Source: Nanopusillaceae archaeon (GTDB taxonomy: Archaea > Nanobdellota > Nanobdellia > Nanobdellales > Nanobdellaceae). Taken from it: a DNA stretch of 9,645 bases. Each line of letters begins with the position of its first letter. Positions within the stretch are counted from its first letter, which is position 1. Below, in pieces: positions 5,365 through 9,645 of the stretch. The translations under genes were made by a program, and so were the position numbers. The DNA is taken from positions 1-9,645 of the forward strand of contig JBMFJL010000017.1 of NCBI GenBank assembly GCA_049973735.1, read 5' to 3'. Under the pieces are notes generated by a model. It made no database searches. It saw nothing but the letters and a program-made list of their open reading frames with translations, and was not told where the DNA came from.

Positions 5365-6438
5365 TTTACCATATATGTTTTTTATCTCATAATATGAATC
5401 CTTTTTTGATAGATCCCTATTTAGTATTCCAAATTTTGCAGTATAACCAACATCCCACTCATAATTATCCATAAGACTCCAAATAAAGTATCCTTTAATT
5501 TTATATCTTTCTCTATTTTTTACGAAATAGTAAATATATTTCTTAAGTATTCTAACTCTTTCAAATTCATCCTCCGTGTTTATACCATTTTCAGTTATAA
5601 ATACTGGTTTATCCAAATCTTTCAATATATTTGATATAAAAGATACATCAAATATTGGTTTCCTATTAATTATATCATCCATATTTTTATAGATTCCATA
5701 ATAATTTATGCCGTAAAAGTCAATTTTTTCTGGAAATATAATCCTTATATTATTTATTATTATATCTTTAGAAGGAATGAAAAAAGGTAATTTAATTAAA
5801 GATAGATTTTCTGTATATATTAAATAAGCATCATTTTGTTTAGCTATCTTGTATATTTCATCATTTGCATACCTAATATTTGATAATACGTTTAAAGCTG
5901 TTTTCAAGCTATTTATGTCACTTGCCTTTTTAAATGGAGGCCATGTACCGACTATGTAAGAAGATATGACATATATCCATGGTTCATTAAACGATATAAA
6001 ATATTTCACGTCCATTTTAGTCAATATTCGTATAATGTTTTCTGCAAATTCTATGAAATATTCTACATTTTCTTTATATTCAAATCCGCCCATTTCATAA
6101 AACCAGATAGGATTTACATAATGCCATAAAGTTATAAAAGGTTCTATATCATTTTTTTTCAACAATTCAATGAATTTAATATATCTATATAGATTTCTAT
6201 ACTCCAATCTTTCTTTTCTATTATAAATTCTAGACCAATCTATCGAAAATCTAAAAGCATTCGCATGTAGATCTTTTAATATAGGTACTAAATCTTCATA
6301 TCTTTCCCATAATCTATTTGCGTTCTCTACTTCTGGTAATTTACCCTTTTTAATGAAATAATACCAATCTTGATAATCATAATATCCTTCTGTTTGAAAT
6401 GCAGATATGGAAAATCCAAGATAGAAGTTTTTATCCAT
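5308..6438 (-). CDS. Glycoside hydrolase family 1 beta-glycosidase (compact 376-aa form, no signal peptide)
   Basis: The GH1 hallmarks appear in order: 'SAFQTEG', 'FRFSIDWSRI', 'ITLWHYVNP', acid/base 'FNEPW' (E152), 'GINYYG', nucleophile 'ITENG' (E283), 'WSLMDNYEW' and 'KFGIL'. Confidence 0.9.
   Translation of the reverse strand: MDKNFYLGFSISAFQTEGYYDYQDWYYFIKKGKLPEVENANRLWERYEDLVPILKDLHANAFRFSIDWSRIYNRKERLEYRNLYRYIKFIELLKKNDIEPFITLWHYVNPIWFYEMGGFEYKENVEYFIEFAENIIRILTKMDVKYFISFNEPWIYVISSYIVGTWPPFKKASDINSLKTALNVLSNIRYANDEIYKIAKQNDAYLIYTENLSLIKLPFFIPSKDIIINNIRIIFPEKIDFYGINYYGIYKNMDDIINRKPIFDVSFISNILKDLDKPVFITENGINTEDEFERVRILKKYIYYFVKNRERYKIKGYFIWSLMDNYEWDVGYTAKFGILNRDLSKKDSYYEIKNIYGKLNESLNNTYKGDSKDTNS
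5378..5383 (+). terminator. Oligo-T tract (T6) after the tfs-signal peptidase pair
   Basis: The T6 run starts 14 nt after the TAA at 5362-5364. It lies antisense within the GH1 coding sequence. Confidence 0.3.
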
Positions 6439-7312
6439 ATATGTCTATAAGCATTTTAACACCATTAAAGATTACTTCTAGATTATATCCTCCCTCAAGG
6501 ACATAAATTACTTTGTTAAATTTTTTTAAGTAGTTGAATATATATTCGTAAGATTTCAAAGTTACGTTAAAAACAGATAAAGGATCATCTTTATGCATAT
6601 CAAAACCTAAGGAAACGAAGATTATTTCAGGATTTATTTCCTCTATTATAGGAATAATTTTGCTTTTAAATATATCTATATATGTTTTGTCATCAGTTTT
6701 CCAGTCCAGTGGAAAGTTGAAATAGTTATTTCCAGATTCCAATCCAGTAAGCGGATATATATTTTTTGCATGAGTAGATATAAAGAATATTTTTTTCTTG
6801 TTTTCAACAATTTCTTGTGTCCCATTTCCATGATGTATATCAATATCAAGTATTAATACACTTCTATAAAATTTTCTTGCATATAAAGCTCCAATCGCTA
6901 CATTATTAAATATACAAAATCCTTGAGATATATTATTTATTCCATTTCTACCAGCATGATGACCTGGCGGTCTAGTTGGTACAAATATAAACTTCTCATT
7001 TGATTCTACAGATTCTAGAATACCCTCAACAGATTTTAATATAGAATAATAAGAAAGTGGAGATATATAAGTATCATCATCTATATAGACTATTTTGTTA
7101 TTTTTCATAGAATATTTCGAAATTCTTTTTATCTTCTTTATATATTTAAATGAATGTGCCAAAGAAATATATCTGTATATATCTTTCCTGATTTTTCCTA
7201 TCTTCTTATATTTATTTTTTATTATTTTTTCGATTATTTTTACCCTATTGTTGTTTTCAATATGTCTTTTATCATTATGGTATCTAAAATATTTGGAATA
7301 AAATATTATCAT
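6431..7312 (-). CDS. Zn-dependent deacetylase of the histone deacetylase / acetoin-utilisation (AcuC) / acetylpolyamine amidohydrolase family
   Basis: 293 aa. Motifs present: 'HIENNNR' (compare HPExPxR), 'RPPGHHAG' (catalytic His pair), 'GFCIFNNVAIGA', 'LDIDIHHGNGTQ' (Asp/His Zn ligands), 'LGFDMHKDDPL' (third Zn ligand) and 'LEGGYN' (catalytic Tyr). Its stop overlaps the GH1 start (ATGGATAA, 8 nt). Confidence 0.9.
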   Translation of the reverse strand: MIIFYSKYFRYHNDKRHIENNNRVKIIEKIIKNKYKKIGKIRKDIYRYISLAHSFKYIKKIKRISKYSMKNNKIVYIDDDTYISPLSYYSILKSVEGILESVESNEKFIFVPTRPPGHHAGRNGINNISQGFCIFNNVAIGALYARKFYRSVLILDIDIHHGNGTQEIVENKKKIFFISTHAKNIYPLTGLESGNNYFNFPLDWKTDDKTYIDIFKSKIIPIIEEINPEIIFVSLGFDMHKDDPLSVFNVTLKSYEYIFNYLKKFNKVIYVLEGGYNLEVIFNGVKMLIDIYG

Positions 7313-7346
7313 TGTCTTTTATTTGTTTTTTATAAATTAAAGTATT
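7313..7346. promoter_or_regulatory. 34-bp divergent promoter region (deacetylase gene and thiI)
   Basis: The sequence is TGTCTTTTATTTGTTTTTTATAAATTAAAGTATT. Leaderless geometry needs a box near 7320 for thiI; the candidate is TTTTATTT at 7316-7323. It needs a box near 7338 for the minus-strand gene; the candidate is TTTAATTTA, the complement of 7333-7341. The palindromic octamer TTTATAAA at 7329-7336 sits between them. Confidence 0.3.
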
Positions 7347-8663
7347 ATGTATAATACTATCCTGATTGGTGTAGATGAAATATGGACAAAATCCGAAAAT
7401 GTTAAAAAAGAATTAATAAATAAACTAATAGATCAAATAAAAAACAGAATAAATTTTGATAAGATCGAGAATAGGAGGGGTAGGATAATAATATATGGAT
7501 ATAGAGATGAATGGATTGATAAAATAACAAAAATATTTGGAATAAAAAAAGTATATCCGGCATTATGCATAGATACTTCTTTAGAAAATATTATTAAATA
7601 TTCTGAAAAGTTTTTTGAAGGTTTTAAAGGTAGTTTCAAAATTATAACAAAGAGAATATATAAAGAATTTCCATATAAATCAATAGAAGTAAGTAGAATT
7701 GTTGGAGAAGAAATTACAAAAAAATTTAATTTGAAAGCAGATATGAAAAACCCCAATAAAATATTAAGAATAGAAATACACAAAGACTATACATTTTTAT
7801 ATGATAAAGAATTTGAAGGTCCAGGTGGATTTCCACTAGGCTTTGAAGGGAAAGGACTTGTACTATTTTCTGGTGGATCTGATTCTTCAGTAGCTTCTTA
7901 TCTTATTGGAAGAAGAGGTATGGATGTAGATTTTCTATTTATTAATCTTGCTGGAGAAGTCTATCTATCATATGTATATAGAGTATATAATAAATTAAAA
8001 GAATATTTTCCAAATTCTAAATTATATGTATATGATTTAGAAATAGAAAAATTGTTTTCTGTAAGAAAAAAATATAAACAGATTTTATTTAAAGTAATAA
8101 TGTATAAAATTGCTGATGAATTTGCAAAAAAACATAACTATGATGCTATAATAACTGGTGAATCACTGGGACAGGTATCTTCACAAACAATAGAATCATT
8201 AAATATATTAAACAAAATGGTAGATTCTTTAGTATTGAGACCATTAATTGGATTTAATAAAGATGAAATATTAAATCTGGCAAAAAGAATAGGAGTTTAT
8301 GATATTAGGGCACCAGAAATTTGTGAAATTGAAAAGCATCCTACAGCAAGACCAAAGTATAGAATTGTTTTAGAAGAATTAGAAAAATTAAATATCAATT
8401 TTTCAGAAGAAATTAAAAGAATAAGATTAATAGAAAATTTAAATATAGAAGAATATAATATAAGATTACCACCTAAGGAAGATTTAATAATAGTCAAATT
8501 AGAAGAATTCAATGATTATAAATTTGAGAAAGGTAAAAAATATCTTTTAATATGTAAAAATGGTATCTTATCTAGATATCTAGCTGAAAAACTAAGAAAG
8601 GATGGTGTAGAAGCATATTATTTGGATGAAAAAACTGCTACCAGGTTGGGATTCATAAAGTAA
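7347..8663 (+). CDS. thiI: tRNA 4-thiouridine synthase / sulfurtransferase ThiI (NFLD-THUMP-PP-loop-rhodanese architecture)
   Basis: 438 aa. The N-terminus 'ILIGVDEIWTKSEN' matches the ThiI start. The PP-loop is 'FSGGSDS' (nt 7869-7886). 'ITGESLGQVSSQT' and 'LRPLIGFNKDEI' are present. Cys326 sits in 'PEICEIEKHPTARP' (equivalent to E. coli C344). The C-terminal 'YLLICKNGILSRYLAEKLRKDGV' aligns with E. coli '[23 protein letters not shown]' (C456). Confidence 0.9.
   Translation: MYNTILIGVDEIWTKSENVKKELINKLIDQIKNRINFDKIENRRGRIIIYGYRDEWIDKITKIFGIKKVYPALCIDTSLENIIKYSEKFFEGFKGSFKIITKRIYKEFPYKSIEVSRIVGEEITKKFNLKADMKNPNKILRIEIHKDYTFLYDKEFEGPGGFPLGFEGKGLVLFSGGSDSSVASYLIGRRGMDVDFLFINLAGEVYLSYVYRVYNKLKEYFPNSKLYVYDLEIEKLFSVRKKYKQILFKVIMYKIADEFAKKHNYDAIITGESLGQVSSQTIESLNILNKMVDSLVLRPLIGFNKDEILNLAKRIGVYDIRAPEICEIEKHPTARPKYRIVLEELEKLNINFSEEIKRIRLIENLNIEEYNIRLPPKEDLIIVKLEEFNDYKFEKGKKYLLICKNGILSRYLAEKLRKDGVEAYYLDEKTATRLGFIK
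8460..8660 (+). other. Rhodanese-like C-terminal domain of ThiI (about res 372-438; active-site Cys403 codon at 8553-8555)
   Basis: The active-site loop 'CKNGILS' follows the CxxGxxS/R rhodanese pattern and is followed by an amphipathic helix. It aligns closely by eye with the E. coli ThiI rhodanese domain. Confidence 0.7.
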
Positions 8664-8665
8664 AG

Positions 8666-8673
8666 TTTAAAAA
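8666..8673 (+). promoter_or_regulatory. TATA-like box for the GNAT gene
   Basis: TTTAAAAA is centred 28.5 nt upstream of the ATG at 8698. It begins 3 nt after the thiI stop. Confidence 0.35.
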
Positions 8674-8697
8674 TCAAATTTAAGATAAGTTATAAGT

Positions 8698-9537
8698 ATG
8701 TTATACCCTATAAGATTAGCCACTTATGAAGATATAAATGAAATAAAAGAACTTGTAAATAGATTAATAGAAGAAAATAAATTCTATTTTGATTATTCAA
8801 ATAATGGTATGAACAGTTATAGATTATATGATACAGATTTTATAGAAAATTTAATAAAAAATGGAGATGTTTTATTGATATATGAAGAAAATGGTAAATT
8901 ACTCGGGATTTCTCATTGGTCGATAATAGAGGGCATTCACTTCAATGTATATACTGCTGTATCTGATTCTGGTGCTAGAAAAGGAATTGCAAAACAATTT
9001 TATTATTATTTCTTAAGTAAAAAAATACCTGCTGGTGCAGAATTCATAATATATACACCGACCTCTTCGAAGATATTTAATATATGGCACCAAATGGGAA
9101 CTAAAATATTTGGATTTTCCACATCTAAACCATATTATAATAATACAGATAATTTCTCTACAATATTGGGATTTAGACCAAACGAAAATGAGATAAAATT
9201 AAAAATACCAAGATACTCTGAAAATTTTGTTAAAAAATTATGTAAAATAAATAATCTGGAGTGTAGACTTTATATAATTGAAGAAAAGAGAAAAAAGAAT
9301 ATAGAAAATATAGACAAAGTTTCTTTGACAAAAGAATTAGAAAAATGTGAAAATAATGGATGTTATTTAACTGGATTTATGTTTAACAGAGATAAAACTA
9401 TTTATTACTATTCTAATAATTTAAATAAAGATGTTGAAAAAAATCTAGAAAAGTTCTTTCAAGAATTAAGAGGAGAATATTTTGAAAAGGCTCAAAATAT
9501 ATTACTTTCTTATATCGATACGTTAAAATCGATATGA
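8698..9537 (+). CDS. GNAT-family N-acetyltransferase (res 1 to about 150) fused to an uncharacterised C-terminal region of about 130 aa
   Basis: The GNAT strand/helix order is recognisable. 'IRLATYEDINEIKELVNRL' is beta1/alpha1 and 'VLLIYEENGKLLGISHWSI' is beta2-3. 'VYTAVSDSGARKGIAKQFYYYFL' is beta4 plus the acetyl-CoA loop (ARKGIA, compare R/QxxGxG/A). 'EFIIYTPTSSKIFNIWHQMGTKIFG' is beta5/alpha4. Residues from about 150 to 279 match nothing I recognise. Confidence 0.6.
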   Translation: MLYPIRLATYEDINEIKELVNRLIEENKFYFDYSNNGMNSYRLYDTDFIENLIKNGDVLLIYEENGKLLGISHWSIIEGIHFNVYTAVSDSGARKGIAKQFYYYFLSKKIPAGAEFIIYTPTSSKIFNIWHQMGTKIFGFSTSKPYYNNTDNFSTILGFRPNENEIKLKIPRYSENFVKKLCKINNLECRLYIIEEKRKKNIENIDKVSLTKELEKCENNGCYLTGFMFNRDKTIYYYSNNLNKDVEKNLEKFFQELRGEYFEKAQNILLSYIDTLKSI

Positions 9538-9645
9538 GCCTAGATAAAGAAATAAAAAAAATCATGATGGAGAAAGCCATAGTATTGCTAGGAGTAACTG
9601 GTGGAATAGGAAAAATGTCAGCAGAAGAATTAAAGAGAAATGGAT
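9534..9645 (+). CDS. 5' fragment of a probable Rossmann-fold NAD(P)-binding (atypical SDR/NmrA-like) protein; continues past the right window edge
   Basis: Hand translation gives MSLDKEIKKIMMEKAIVLLGVTGGIGKMSAEELKRNG. 'IVLLGVTGGIGKMSAEEL' follows the beta1 / Gly-rich loop / helix pattern with GxxGxxG spacing (compare 'GATGGIG'). It is not a proper Walker A (no GK[ST]). The ATG at 9534 overlaps the GNAT stop (ATGA). Alternative in-frame starts occur at 9564 and 9567 (MMEKA...). Confidence 0.4.
   Translation, partial: MSLDKEIKKIMMEKAIVLLGVTGGIGKMSAEELKRNG

Noticed and set aside
5308-6438. Short GH1 as a truncated or pseudogenised copy
   Set aside because: The frame is uninterrupted from a family-typical N-terminus to beyond the normal C-terminus. 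All hallmark motifs and both catalytic Glu residues are present. I treat it as a compact but probably functional enzyme (see findings).
7095-7354. Two plus-strand ORFs (7095-7301, 68 aa; 7154-7354, 66 aa) from the six-frame track
   Set aside because: They lie antisense to the well-supported HDAC-family gene. Their translations are low-complexity F/I/L/Y strings, as expected from the reverse complement of K/N/E/I-rich AT-rich coding sequence. They have no motif and no properly placed TATA box.
7433-7783. Minus-strand 116-aa ORF antisense to thiI
   Set aside because: It lies entirely inside the THUMP-encoding part of thiI. The peptide is hydrophobic and low-complexity (IILLFFS-type). It is an artefact of stop-poor antisense frames in AT-rich DNA.
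8297-8512. Minus-strand 71-aa ORF antisense to thiI
   Set aside because: The reasoning is the same: it is nested in a motif-supported gene, has S/I/L-rich low complexity, and shows no promoter or recognisable domain.
8698-9537. GNAT as the toxin of a GNAT/RHH-type toxin-antitoxin pair
   Set aside because: There is no small DNA-binding antitoxin ORF upstream (a 34-bp spacer follows directly after thiI). The protein is about 100 aa longer than TacT/AtaT-type toxins, and the downstream partner looks like a Rossmann enzyme.
1-9645. Search for tRNA/rRNA/other structured RNA genes, CRISPR repeats, integrase/transposase genes or terminal inverted repeats
   Set aside because: In a genome this AT-rich, stable RNAs should stand out as G+C-rich islands of at least 50 nt, and none is visible. 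The G+C-richer patches (for example 4785-4850 and 6955-6975) are coding. I saw no regularly spaced repeats and no recombinase-like ORFs. This was by eye only, so a covariance-model scan (tRNAscan-SE/Infernal) and a repeat finder should confirm it.

Overview
This is an extremely AT-rich (about 18-28% G+C in the few lines I hand-counted, not computed window-wide) and very gene-dense archaeal chromosomal segment. Archaeal origin is supported by five things: a TFS/RpoM-type transcript-cleavage factor, a Sec11-type (Ser/His) signal peptidase, a Dim2-like KH protein, a two-subunit-type 2-oxoacid:ferredoxin oxidoreductase (OFOR) beta subunit, and TATA-like boxes centred 25-30 nt upstream of most ATGs (leaderless-mRNA geometry). 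The I/K/N/Y/E-rich proteins, sequon-rich envelope proteins and gene overlaps fit a small-genome thermophile; Nanoarchaeota/DPANN-like or Thermoplasmata-like is only a guess. Left to right the window holds: a KH/Dim2-like protein (partial, -), OFOR beta (-), a 486-aa sequon-rich surface protein (-), UppP (-), a 6-TM membrane protein (+), TFS (+) overlapping signal peptidase I (+), a compact GH1 beta-glycosidase (-) overlapped by an HDAC-family deacetylase (-), ThiI with a C-terminal rhodanese domain (+), a GNAT acetyltransferase with an unknown C-terminal half (+), and the first 37 codons of a Rossmann-like protein (+). Spacers are 34-80 bp. There are three same-strand start/stop overlaps (8, 8 and 4 nt) and one 57-nt convergent overlap. 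I saw no rRNA, tRNA, CRISPR array, transposase/integrase or recognisable defence gene, and no clear-cut novel system. Four items most deserve a second look. (i) The envelope-maturation neighbourhood around the sequon-rich protein, whose CARDB/DUF11-like domain sits after its only TM helix. (ii) The translationally coupled HDAC-type deacetylase plus minimal GH1 pair. (iii) The GNAT-plus-unknown-domain protein coupled to a Rossmann-like gene. (iv) The promoter and overlap geometry forced by compaction.
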